DNA of 64,000 nt from the NCBI GenBank assembly GCA_001600815.1, contig BCKZ01000011.1:703224-767223 (forward strand), read 5' to 3'. Shown here piece after piece: positions 23,630 through 34,740 of this stretch. The notes below the pieces were generated by a model. That model was not told where the DNA came from. It saw only the letters and a list, made by a program, of their open reading frames with translations, and searched no databases. The DNA comes from Alloascoidea hylecoeti (lineage: Eukaryota). Within the stretch, counting starts at the first letter, position 1. Each line of letters starts with the position of its first letter. The translations under genes and the position numbers were made by a program.

Positions 23630-26084
23630 TGCTTGGAAGGATGAAATTGATATATATATATATAAATTGTATAGGTTTTTTGTTGATAAGTATGTATACC
23701 AAAAGATGAAGGAGTGAGATTTGAAAGTGATTTAAGGGTGATATTAATTATTGCTATAATATATGGTGACTGAGTATCGATATCAAATTTGAATCAGAGT
23801 TTTTCCCCTTCAAATTTAAATTGATTAGCACTGATAAATTAGCTGAATAAGAGCATGATATCATGCCCTAGAAGTTAAAGAGTTATATTAATATTCTATA
23901 TCATTGAATCGATTCATGAATCATGATCATGATCAATATCTTTTAATTTAATGGTGATCTGCAACAGTTAATATTATTATTTTTGGGAAAAAAACTCCTT
24001 ACTTGCAGCTACAGATATATAGCCTTAATTTTAAAAATCCTTTTATATTTATGAAATCATATATAATTACGTATAAAGTGAAATTCGTCTTGATCTACTC
24101 CTAAGCCTCCATTAGTAACTACTATAGTACTATAGACTATATAGTACTGTACTGGGTTTAATTCCTGTTAGTTATAAGAGTCGCAACAGATCTAGTTAGT
24201 GTTTATATAAAAACTTTATATTATAAGTTACTATTAATTTCGTATTGTGCCAGAACAATACACCTCAAATTCTTTCCTCCAAAATACCGAACTAAGAGTG
24301 AAAATACTGAATTGTAATTAGCAATTTATATAAGGTTATATACCGGTATAAGTACATGTATACGTAGATTAAACCGCCGATTCCAGCACTTTATAAGGAC
24401 TACTATCAAATATCAATCAAAGAAGAGCTTCAATCGCTGAAAGTTTTGGTGTCAACCGGGCTTAATTCTATGATAGAATTTCTCTGATCACAGCAGACAG
24501 ATTTTTTTACAATAAAATTTTAACCAGTCTACAAAACAGTGAAAACAAGTAAGAAAAATAATGTTAACCTTAGATAAATGTGGCCGAAAAATAAGCTAAT
24601 TGATAACTAATCAATCCATCTTTTTTTCAACCTTTTATAAAATTTCCAAATAAAATTTCTAACTAGGAACTAGATAAATCTCTACATCTTCATACATATA
24701 TTTAAATATTTATATTCTTTTTTTGTTCTTCTATGACAAGATTATCTGAACCACCATAAGCTATAGTTTTAATCTTTTTTGTTTTGTTTATTGTTTTACT
24801 TTTTTAAGGATTTAGATATTAAAATGTCCCACTCTATTTCATTTAATATTTATGGCGGGTCTGTATATCTTATGCTCTTTCTTAATTGTAATGCCTTTTC
24901 TATAAATTGGTCCTTCTTTTCATTCTTTTTTTTCTTCATATTTATTATCAATGTTTTGATTCCTTCTAGATCGGATCCTAGAATCCTTCTCTTTTTTTAT
25001 GGTCGATAATTTTCCAAACATATCATATGTATCATCTTTGTTGTAAACTACACATATCTGATCCGTGCCATCACATTTTTGCATTGTTGTTGAATTGGAC
25101 CATATATCCTAAGCTAAGCAGATGAATCCATTGTGTTTAGTATAAGATGAATTTAATATCCTCTCTGTTTATATATCGGAATTGGTTAGGTAGTATGCTC
25201 AATATTTTTTGCTCGTTATTGAATTATCTTTATTAATAAATGAATGATGTTACTTAAGTTTACTTTTTCCCTTCAACATTTCTGAGGAAGAAATATTTTT
25301 AACTTTACGTAATTCTATAACCTTCTAACTAGAAACTAATAAATAGAGGAAATTACTCCAAGAGTGTAGACCCTCTTCTTCTTTACTTCTCTTTGAATAA
25401 TTACCACTTCGCATAGGAGTATCGGGATTAAAGTGATCATTTCTAGATATGTAAAGGAACTAGTTAGTCAGCCCTCTTACGAAAGTAGAAGTAATTCTGA
25501 GAATGTGAGGTGCTGAATAATAAATGAATATAAATAAGGCAATTTATCATGTATTTCTAGTTTCTTCTTGAAGTATCACTAAGTTAATCTTTAATATACA
25601 ATTGTTTAACTTTTTTTTTTAACCTTTCATATATTTTCCAATTAAATTATATAACTAGAAACTATGTAAATTCTGAGGAAATATATCTACTATATATAGT
25701 GAAATCAAAACCTCTCTTTCTATTCTTCTTATTTATTCAAGTTTTTAGATATTGGAAACCCCTAATCAATCTTATTTAATATTTGTGGTGGTGTCCCTGC
25801 AAAGGAACACCCAAAATAATGACGATGTGTTTGTTCCTTTACAATAGATGTAAAACTTTCTTCTTTCTTTATGGTTTCTTATTGTTATTATTTACGTCTC
25901 CTACTGATACAGGCTAGCGTGACCACAAGTACATCTATGATTGTATGATCTCTATATAAACTAGACATAGACAGAACTATATAAACCCTCGTTTTTTCCT
26001 GTTCTCTTGTTTAGAGGTCTTTAATTAGATTTAATACACTTTTCCTTGTTTCCTGTTTTGTATCGTGACAATAGAAAAGTTGCT

Positions 26085-26157
26085 GGGCGTGTGGCGCAGT
26101 TGGTAGCGCGTTAGATTTGCATTCTAAAGGTCTCTGGTTCGATCCCTGACTCGTCCA
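26085..26157 (+). tRNA. tRNA-Ala (anticodon TGC), intronless
   Basis: Cloverleaf: acceptor GGGCGTG/CTCGTCC with the G3:U70 Ala determinant, D arm GCGC/GCGC, anticodon arm TTAGA-TTTGCAT-TCTAA, T loop TTCGATC, discriminator A, T5 terminator just downstream. Confidence 0.93.
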
Positions 26158-27199
26158 AAATTGTCTTTTTGGGACGTACGCGTTCCCAATTATGTTAAAC
26201 TCCAGAAAAGCTATTATAAAATGTAACAACATTAGTAATAGGTCTTTTTATTTTCACAATTTTTTGGTTGTTATAAATATAGTATTTATAGAAAAAGCAG
26301 TTTAATATAGAGCCTTAATGCCACTTGAAAAAAAGACGAAAAAAAAAAAAAGCTCATAACATTTGAAATAAGCATACAAATAAAAATAAAAAATCTTGTC
26401 TACAATTCTTTTTATACAAATGTATAGGCCTAGATTAATATAAATCATAATAAAAAGCTCTCATGCAATCATTAAACTAACTATTATATCTGAAATCATT
26501 TGAAATATTTTGCATACAGAGAAGATTTAGTGATAATGATATAGATGATGTTTGTGGATCAAGCCTTCCAAGGTGTCATAAGATTTAAGATAATTTTCAT
26601 AGATGCAGAGAAACCAGTTTTTATCCGATGTGGGAGATTTAACGTTTATTATGCGTGGAGTCATCAAGAAAACTTCAAATCCATTTTGAATTCATATAGT
26701 GTCCGTTTTCATTATTTGGGGGGGGGGACTTTTATCTTGGTGGTGAAGCGCATCCTGGGGTCGTTGTTAACATATGGGGTGAATGGTGAATATAAATACC
26801 CACACCCATTATAGTGCAACAAACCTGTGAATAAGTAAAAAGTTTCGCTTAAATAGTTATATCTTCAATATAGAATAATGGAGGGATTGTATGGAAACCA
26901 TCTGTTTTGTCCAATAAATTATTTTTATACTCTTATAGATTGCGATTGTAGTATCATTTAGTAAAGCTTATAATAAAATGGTAAACTATATAAACAAAAA
27001 GAGATAACAATAAAAGATGGATTGTGCAGTTAAAAGCGTTTGATAAGTTAAGAAATCGATCAAAAATACCAAATTGTTCTACCTTTAGTGCTACAGGATA
27101 TTCTCCTTCATATGAAAACAAAACGATTCAACATTAGCGGTGTTTTCGTGAAAATTCACCTAAAAACATTATGTAACTGGCATGAAACTAAGAAGTAAA

Positions 27200-27700
27200 A
27201 TTGGCCATAAAACATACGTATATACATGTAACAATAGAATGGAAAAAGAGGAAATGAAATGTTCTATAAGATCAATAAATGAAACCTAGGAATTGTAGTT
27301 GTCTTACACAACCCAAGTTTAATAGACTACATACTACATAATAGACATATCACTGAGCTCAAATACCAAATAGGATAAAAGCTACCCAAAGTAAAAATGG
27401 GAGAAGACACCAATGCTTATGCATAATGTGGCTTTCACCAAAAGTGGTAACTGCAGAACACATTTTCAATCAATGTAAAACCAAAAAATAGAGAGATTTG
27501 AAATTTTCATGGGAAAAGACTATCACCTAGATGGAATAATTTGAAATATAACAATAACACCAAGAGAAATCATCCAGATAAACATTGGTGAAGCAATTAG
27601 AAACATGTGAAACAAAATAAGATTTGAAACAAGGACATGAATTAAAGTGTAACAATAAAGAAAGTCTAGCTAAATAAAGTAAAAGCTGAAATAGATCAAA
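27200..27700 (+). mobile_element. Decayed non-LTR retrotransposon (L1-clade, Zorro/Ylli-like) ORF2 C-terminal remnant
   Basis: Stop-interrupted, A-rich segment translating as CLCIMWLSPKVVTAEHIFNQC (27414-27476; CCHC-like C..C...T.EHIF..C). It is followed by AIRNM*NKIRFE (~27593-27628; 'W..RN..F'-like motif). Confidence 0.55.
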
Positions 27701-29054
27701 CAAACCCACAATTCAAGTGAAAACAAACGGAAACATCTTATATATGAATAAGAAACATATATTAACTTACAAAAATATTTCTTTGAAAACTAGATTTAAT
27801 AGTTAGATTAAATAGTTATTCTTTTATTATACAATATTTTATTTGGAAAAAAGATTGCAATTTTAGATTTTTGATAAAACGAGTTTTTAGATTAAATAAA
27901 AGTAAATTAGTTTATAAATTTAATTCTCATTTACTTATCGTATCTTCGTAAGTAAAACTCTTTAAAGATACTTTTGGATACATATATATACTTACCTGAT
28001 ACCTTGGCATAGAATCCTTACGGTTTCAGTAGAAATGTCCTAAAGAGTCACTCACTGTTGAATAAATCTATGTACCTCGTCCATAATCGGCGTTCCCCTC
28101 AATTAACCCGATCAGGTATTAAAAATTTACAGTAATAAAAAATTGAGAAAGGTTCAATAAATCACCCAAATATTTTACTGAAACCAATCATACCACAATG
28201 GCTAATATATGAAGACAACTATTGACATTGTCCAGGACTATGCCCAAATATTTGTGGATAAAATGACATATTAAAGAGTGGGGAATTAATATTTTCCAAA
28301 ATAACCGCGTGACTCAGATAGATCGCTAAATTAAACGGAACAAAAAAGCCAAATCGCAATTCAACAACAGGCAAAAAAAAAAAAAAAATCTTGGGGTAAA
28401 GAATACCCACACCGAATTTTCTCACCAATTCTAACTCAAACGAATGACTAAAATACATTTAAATTTAAACAGGATGTCGAATAATTTCATCACCCTGACA
28501 TCGAACAGTACCATAGTACTTTTAATTCCACCTTGCGCAGAATCTCTCCCTCCAGCAGGAACTGACTTCAGAGTAGGGAAATACTGTATGCCATTGTATA
28601 GTAAAATTAATATGATTATAACTTATAGGGCTATATGTGTAATTATAAGGTATACCGGTATGACATGTGTAGCATTGTGCTTGGTACTGATTACAATGCC
28701 TTACATGTATTATTATTATTGTTATGCATATGTGAAAGTATTATTAATTAATTATACATTTTAAAACATAAATACGACAAAAGCATATATAATTTTATAT
28801 ACCAGACAACCTCAATGATTCAGGACCTTTTCAAAAATAATAGTTCGCCATTAATACTTAAAGTTACAGTTAGTTAATTGTAACCCGTAGAGTCTATGTA
28901 GTACCAATTAACTGAATTAAGACTGTAGATGGTACCCTATTTATATGGAACTCACAACATCTGTAGATCTATATAGCTATACCAAAGATGAATGGGCGTA
29001 TTAAATTCCAATCCTTAGTACATGTATAATACTCAGAATAATAGTATGACAGCA

Positions 29055-29077
29055 TATATATATATATATATATATAT
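29055..29077. repeat. (TA)n microsatellite
   Basis: Direct reading of the atatatat... tract. Confidence 0.9.
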
Positions 29078-29456
29078 TGTTGGAATATGTAATGCTTTAA
29101 GATATATTGCTCTTGAAATGGAAAAATTAAAGCCAAAGACAAGTCAAGATTATATTATTTGTGACCTTCATTTAAGGTTGAAAATATAAATATCATAGGC
29201 TTATTAAGAGTATAAATTGATATTAAACACAACTATAAAAATAAGCTCGAGAAGAAGAATGAATAAGACAATATATATCATAATAATTAACCAAATATGT
29301 AAATCGCATATCAAAAGTCAGAGCAAATAAAAAGCCGATAAGCTCACCAAAATGATCATTATAATTTATAATAAAAAAGAAAACAGACAGTGACAGTTTT
29401 ATGCAATCAGTGTTAACTACAATATAACCGATAGTTAGTATAAAAATATATCTGTA

Positions 29457-29828
29457 TTAATATCCAGCTAATATATCTGTAATACTTACTGCAAGTGCTA
29501 AACAACAAACAGGGAAAAAAGGATTGAGTGCTCCACCAATATCACTCATATACCGTATACATCTAATATATGTTGATTCTGGTTGTTTTTCCAATGATGA
29601 ATCTTTGTTATTATTCTCGTTGTATATATGATGAGGCTGTGGTGAGCCTTCAACCTGTTTGCAAATAGATTCTAGTGGCGGCTCCAAAGAAGGCATGGCA
29701 GTATTTATACAGGCAGCAGAACATACTAGGGCTAACAACACAAGTAAGAGTGATTGAACTTTGAAAATCAATGAATAATCTAATTGGTTTGAGAGTTCAA
29801 AGGAAGAAAAAATTTCTGCATTCATCAT
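29457..29828 (-). CDS. Small orphan secreted or membrane protein (123 aa)
   Basis: Hydrophobic signal-like segment SLLLVLLALVCSAAC, a hydrophilic middle, and a hydrophobic C-terminus LNPFFPVCCLALAVSITDIL. GC is higher than the flanks. No family recognised. Confidence 0.5.
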   Translation of the reverse strand: MMNAEIFSSFELSNQLDYSLIFKVQSLLLVLLALVCSAACINTAMPSLEPPLESICKQVEGSPQPHHIYNENNNKDSSLEKQPESTYIRCIRYMSDIGGALNPFFPVCCLALAVSITDILAGY

Positions 29829-30710
29829 TACTTAGTCCTACTGTTTTTGAAATAATTTTGAAAATCAAAGGAAGTCCATTAAAAAAGCAAAGAAGCAGGT
29901 TTATATCTTCGATAAAGAGCGTAGAAATTTTATGGCATCATTAGTTATTTTTTTTCAGATAAAGGTTCAAAAATGCAGAAGAACATTTTTAATTTAGACA
30001 CTGCATTGATTGTATTGTATCAAACTATCAGCCCACAAACTTAATTAGAAACTCACTTAAGCTTTGTTTGTTTCTATATATAATTACTCTTACATTTCAA
30101 TTACAAGCTTGAAAAATGCTGTATTTTATATCACTTACACAAAATTAAATCTTTTTTGATCTTCAAGAGTAAAGGATAAAAGTGAAATGATTATATTTAT
30201 TTGAAACTTAACCTATAGCTAACATCTAAACCTATATTTTTTGCCAAACAATTTAGTTCTGGAACATGAGCTTTTATTATTATTCGAATATCAGATGATT
30301 TTGAAATCCGCCCATCTGTATATTCCGCCCAACTATAGCTCTTTAGGTAAAGCCTCATTTTTAGTACTTCGTTTGCTCACTAGGTAACAAACACACCATC
30401 TTATATTGGTACAATTTACTCTGCCATACTAGTAGGAAAAAAATATTAAGCACAAAAAGTTTTACTGAATATAAAATAGTAACTAGTGTACAAACAGAAT
30501 ATTTATTGATAATTGACGTAACTGTGATAAGTTATATCTCTAGATTATTGATGAGGGCTTTGATGAATAATGATAATAATGTTCCGTATAAATGCAATGA
30601 TATTTTTCTCTTTAACATAAACTCCATTTCCGATAAAGGAGTTTCATATATTCAAATTCTACTTTTTAATCGCATGTGCTTTTTTATAAAATTCTTTAAA
30701 TGTGAAAAAA

Positions 30711-31408
30711 CTAAACAACAACACCAGAGTTTGAAGCAATTCTTGGCCATAGATCTGCACATTCTTTACCAACAGGACCAGTTATAGCGCTACCTTTCAT
30801 TTCACCTTTTGGGTTAACAATGACACCTGCATTATCTTCAAAATAAAGGAAAACACCATCTCTTCTTCTCCATGGTTTTGATTGTCTTACAACAATTGCT
30901 GGCATGACTTTCTTTCTTAGTTCTGGTTTACCTTTTTTGACAGTTGCAATAACCATATCACCCAAGCCAGCAGCTGGCAGACGATTCAATCTTGCACCAA
31001 ACCCCTTAACGGCAATGATATTAAGATTTCTAGCACCAGAATTGTCAGCACAATTGATAACGGCGCCAACTGGTAAACCAAGCTATTTGTTTATAGTTAG
31101 TTGGCATTACAGTTGCTAATTATAATCGGATTATATAAAGGTCATAATGATATATTCGATATTCGATTTTGAATTCTGGGGGTATTAAAGGTTGAGTTAT
31201 GATTGTCGATTAAAACACTAATGATGATATTATTTTTTGGTTAGATCTTCCAATATTTTATAGTTGTTCGGTGCTTTCAGTTGTTCGTTTTGTGTATTAT
31301 CAATTCAATCTCGATGTCAAATATATCACTCGCCTACAATAACTCAGATTTATTGGAAATACATACTGAGACTCTGAATTTTGTACCTGTGGCACCTGAA
31401 GCGGACAT
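30711..31408 (-). CDS. RPL23: 60S ribosomal protein L23 (uL14); two exons (31408-31367, 31082-30711)
   Basis: [34 protein letters not shown]...[19 protein letters not shown]...[12 protein letters not shown]. Intron 31366-31083 reads GTATGT...AACTAAC...TAG. Confidence 0.97.
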
Positions 31409-31528
31409 TTTTTATAATTGGGTACATGAAGATCGTGGTTGAATGATAATTAGACTGTTTCCGTGCTCATATTTACTTAAATAAGTGCATATTACGCAGT
31501 AAATCTCATAATAGGAAGGTATGTGTTT

Positions 31529-31543
31529 TAGGGTCATACCCTA
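31529..31543. promoter_or_regulatory. Palindromic TAGGG-N5-CCCTA element (putative Tbf1 site) in the RPL23 promoter
   Basis: TAGGGTCATACCCTA lies about 120 bp upstream of the RPL23 ATG. It resembles the palindromic Tbf1 element of ribosomal-protein promoters in non-Saccharomyces yeasts. Confidence 0.45.
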
Positions 31544-32127
31544 GCAACCTTTGAACTTGATTGTGAATTTGTGATTGCCCAACGATAATTATTGACGGTA
31601 TTAAACTGGCTATAATTACGGGGGCTAGGATCTGGTAAAGGGATAGTTTCAAAGAATCCAAACGGTCCCAGAAATACAACTTTGTTTGTGTACCTGTCGG
31701 TGATCTTCTGATATTGGAACTTGAACAAAATTTAAAAGATTCCCCTTAATTACGGCTCATTATATATCGATTTTTTTTTTTAATATATTCGTGATGCCCT
31801 TATTGTCCACAGGAAATAGCCGTTGATTGCAAATGCAATTAGAAAGACTAAAATGAACAAGGGTCAACAATTTTGATTAGGCAGATTCCCAAGGACCAAC
31901 CGATCACATTTAAATCGAGAACCAGAAAGGAGTTGTATTTTTCGATTCTTGTGAATATGTTATCAAGAAGATTGGATAACCTCGAAAACATTAAAAAACG
32001 ATATAAATAATTATACACTGCTTAGTTAACTATTAAGTATAAGATATCATTACGTAATCATGAGAAGTGTAATCAGACTCACTGCATCTCTTATCGGTCG
32101 CCCCCTCTTTCCTTCAGCCACACCATC

Positions 32128-32985
32128 ATGACTACCGTTGATCCAACTAATTTTGGAATTGCTAAGACTTTTATCCAATCTGTAGTAGAAAGTCTGCCTA
32201 AGAAGAAAAAAGACCCGAATCGAAATCGAAATCGGAAGAGAAATGCGAATTCATCTGATATGGATTCCGATTTTGAAATTGTAAGAACTAGGTTAGAAAT
32301 GTTGGATATATCATCTAGCACTATGTTTGGTGAGGGTTTTGCCAAAATTATTTATGAGGATACAATTATTTCAGATGATACATCAACTGACATTGATATC
32401 GATGATCAAATCGAAGACGAAATTGAGTCTTCAATTTTGGCTTCAGTAATGTCAATGTATACAATCGGTTTTGATAAATTAAATTTAGTCTTAAAATCTT
32501 TAAATAATGAGTTATTTGATGAAGATTTTAGATGCAATTTAATGACGATTTCAATAAGATGTGCCTGTGGAGGTAGAGTATTAATTGAAAAATCAGAAAA
32601 AGCAAAAGCTATTTGGAAAGAGTTTGGTAAAAAGTACCCTGTTCTTACTTATGATGGGGTGAATCTAAGTAAGAGAATAATCGGTTTATTAGGTCATGTT
32701 TTAATTTGGAAACTGAATAATTTAGACACTTCTCTAAAGTTTGGGGAATTAGCGGGCGATAATCTAATTGAATACATGTTATTCCCAAAAAATTTGATTG
32801 ATATTAATATAAAGAAACAAATCTATTGTGATCATATTTGGGATGGAACTTTAACTTATAAACTTTCAAATTCAAAAAAGGTATCACCTAAAAGATATTT
32901 AATATTATGTGAATATAGAGATCAATTTGAATTTGATGAAGAAAAATGTAATGAAATTGCTAGGCGATTTCTTTCATTAGAGTGA
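32128..32985 (+). CDS. Orphan 285-aa intronless protein; candidate endogenised RNA-virus nucleocapsid-like gene
   Basis: Intact ORF with an upstream TATAAA (~32002) and a basic N-terminal tract (KKKKDPNRNRNRKR). Core GFD...S..AKA....KKY...LS.R...LLGH...HIWDG. No cellular family recognised; viral similarity is by eye only. Confidence 0.7.
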   Translation: MTTVDPTNFGIAKTFIQSVVESLPKKKKDPNRNRNRKRNANSSDMDSDFEIVRTRLEMLDISSSTMFGEGFAKIIYEDTIISDDTSTDIDIDDQIEDEIESSILASVMSMYTIGFDKLNLVLKSLNNELFDEDFRCNLMTISIRCACGGRVLIEKSEKAKAIWKEFGKKYPVLTYDGVNLSKRIIGLLGHVLIWKLNNLDTSLKFGELAGDNLIEYMLFPKNLIDINIKKQIYCDHIWDGTLTYKLSNSKKVSPKRYLILCEYRDQFEFDEEKCNEIARRFLSLE

Positions 32986-33237
32986 TTTAAATGATTTGGT
33001 ATATATTTCTTTTTTTTAGTACACATTTTAATATGCTTTAATTTTTACCTACTACTATAAACTTGTGGTTTTGGGGCTATACATATTGATTGCTTGATGC
33101 CACCCTTTATTTATTTATATTATTCTTTTACAATATTAATTAATCGAATGATCCATATCTTTTCCTCAAATTTATATATGATCCCAAGAAAATCTGGTAT
33201 AGCCTATATATATTTAAATAAATACATGTTATAAATA

Positions 33238-34740
33238 TCAATGCCATGAACTTTGACTTTCTAAAACATTTCTTTCTGATTCATTAAGAGTAATTATTGG
33301 TGTATTTCTTCTACCATTACTATAATTGTTTTGTATCAATTGCTCCTCCTTCTGTTGCAATCTTCTTAATGCATCATAAATATAACCTCGAGTACCACCA
33401 ATATTATTATAATTACCATTACTACCCTTATGGTGAGGGTTATCTTCAAATCTCATTACCACATTTCTTTCTTCTGAATCTGATACCTCTCCTTCGCTTT
33501 CTAAAACAAAAATATCACTTCCTATCAAATTTGTACTATCTCTATGAGAATCTTTGTTAAGATCTGGGATTGGAAGATCATTATGAAGTGATTGTCTTCG
33601 TAAATCGTTAAGATAGTTATTAGAAATATTCGATACGTAAGATGTTCTCGGTTGTTGTCGAATACAATCAGTATCGCTATTGGTTGTTGAAATTGACTGC
33701 GATTGAACTTCTCTTGTTGAAATTTGAACCATACTATAATCATGATTATAATCAGACATTATTGATGATCTATGTCGTTGAACATTATCACCTATCTCAA
33801 AACAAGCTCTTGATGGTCTAAATCTAATTGAATTATTAATGGAGATACAAGATCGCCTAGAAATAGATGGTAAATATTCCAAGTCATTGAGACTACCTCG
33901 AGCTCTAGCTCTTTGGAATAGATTTAGATTTGAAATCGAACTTTCCGATCCATTGTTCCAATTCATTAAAACCGGTATTTCGCTNGAAATTGAACTTGTT
34001 GCATATTGAATATGAGCATCAACACGGCAAAGCTCAAATCCTTGGCCAATTGTTGACATGCTACCATAAGAATATGAACTAGCTATAGATGATCTTGGAG
34101 TGTGTAATCCTTTTGAATTGATGGTTGATAGCTTTTTTCTCTCTTCAAGATCTTGAGTTATTTTAGTTGATTGCAATATATAATTATCATCTCTAGAGTC
34201 TGAGTCTGAGTCTGAAACCGAATCGATACCTTCAAACTCATTATCATATATATCACTATCGCGATTGATATCTGAATTTGGCAGATTTGGTGAATAATCA
34301 TGGTCTAAATTTGATCTAGATCCTCTGGAACCTTTCTGTGCGTCTTCAAAATTAAATTTATTGAATCTCGCTTGAATATAATGAATATGATTAGATCCAT
34401 AAATATCAGGATTCGATATTGAAGTGTCTAAAGCATTTGAGAATTCGGAAGGAATACATTTAGGGTCGTTGGGATTAATATAATATATTTTTTTTCTTTC
34501 TTTATGTTGGTAAGGCATTGGCCTTAGATCAGAGATGGTAGTTGATTTAAATAATCTATTTTCTTCTAAATCTACATTTGACGATGAACTGTCGTTAACT
34601 AAATTTAAGGGACCAATTTCTGATGATTTTCCATGGTATTTTTGTGAATTTGAGGTTTCTTTTTTCTTGTTATTTTTGGTGAATGTTATATCATGTGTCC
34701 GTAAAGAACGTAGGATTTCAAGCTTCTTCTTGAGACCCAT
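33238..34740 (-). CDS. Orphan Ser/Asn/Asp-rich, probably disordered 500-aa protein
   Basis: 1.5-kb open frame in AT-rich DNA, low complexity, with one ambiguous base (n at 33985). No domain recognised. Confidence 0.7.
   Translation of the reverse strand: MGLKKKLEILRSLRTHDITFTKNNKKKETSNSQKYHGKSSEIGPLNLVNDSSSSNVDLEENRLFKSTTISDLRPMPYQHKERKKIYYINPNDPKCIPSEFSNALDTSISNPDIYGSNHIHYIQARFNKFNFEDAQKGSRGSRSNLDHDYSPNLPNSDINRDSDIYDNEFEGIDSVSDSDSDSRDDNYILQSTKITQDLEERKKLSTINSKGLHTPRSSIASSYSYGSMSTIGQGFELCRVDAHIQYATSSIXSEIPVLMNWNNGSESSISNLNLFQRARARGSLNDLEYLPSISRRSCISINNSIRFRPSRACFEIGDNVQRHRSSIMSDYNHDYSMVQISTREVQSQSISTTNSDTDCIRQQPRTSYVSNISNNYLNDLRRQSLHNDLPIPDLNKDSHRDSTNLIGSDIFVLESEGEVSDSEERNVVMRFEDNPHHKGSNGNYNNIGGTRGYIYDALRRLQQKEEQLIQNNYSNGRRNTPIITLNESERNVLESQSSWH

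Noticed and set aside
27988..28150. U1 snRNA gene (starts ATACTTACCTG)
   Set aside because: No recognisable stem-loop I GATCA-type U1-70K loop or Sm site at the expected positions. Kept only as a low-level structural finding.
28444..28764. 106-aa ORF
   Set aside because: Composition is typical of random AT-rich frames (Tyr/Ile/Cys-rich) with no motif.
31083..31366. Intronic snoRNA in the RPL23 intron
   Set aside because: No convincing C (RTGATGA) and D (CTGA) box pair or H/ACA hairpins on the sense strand.
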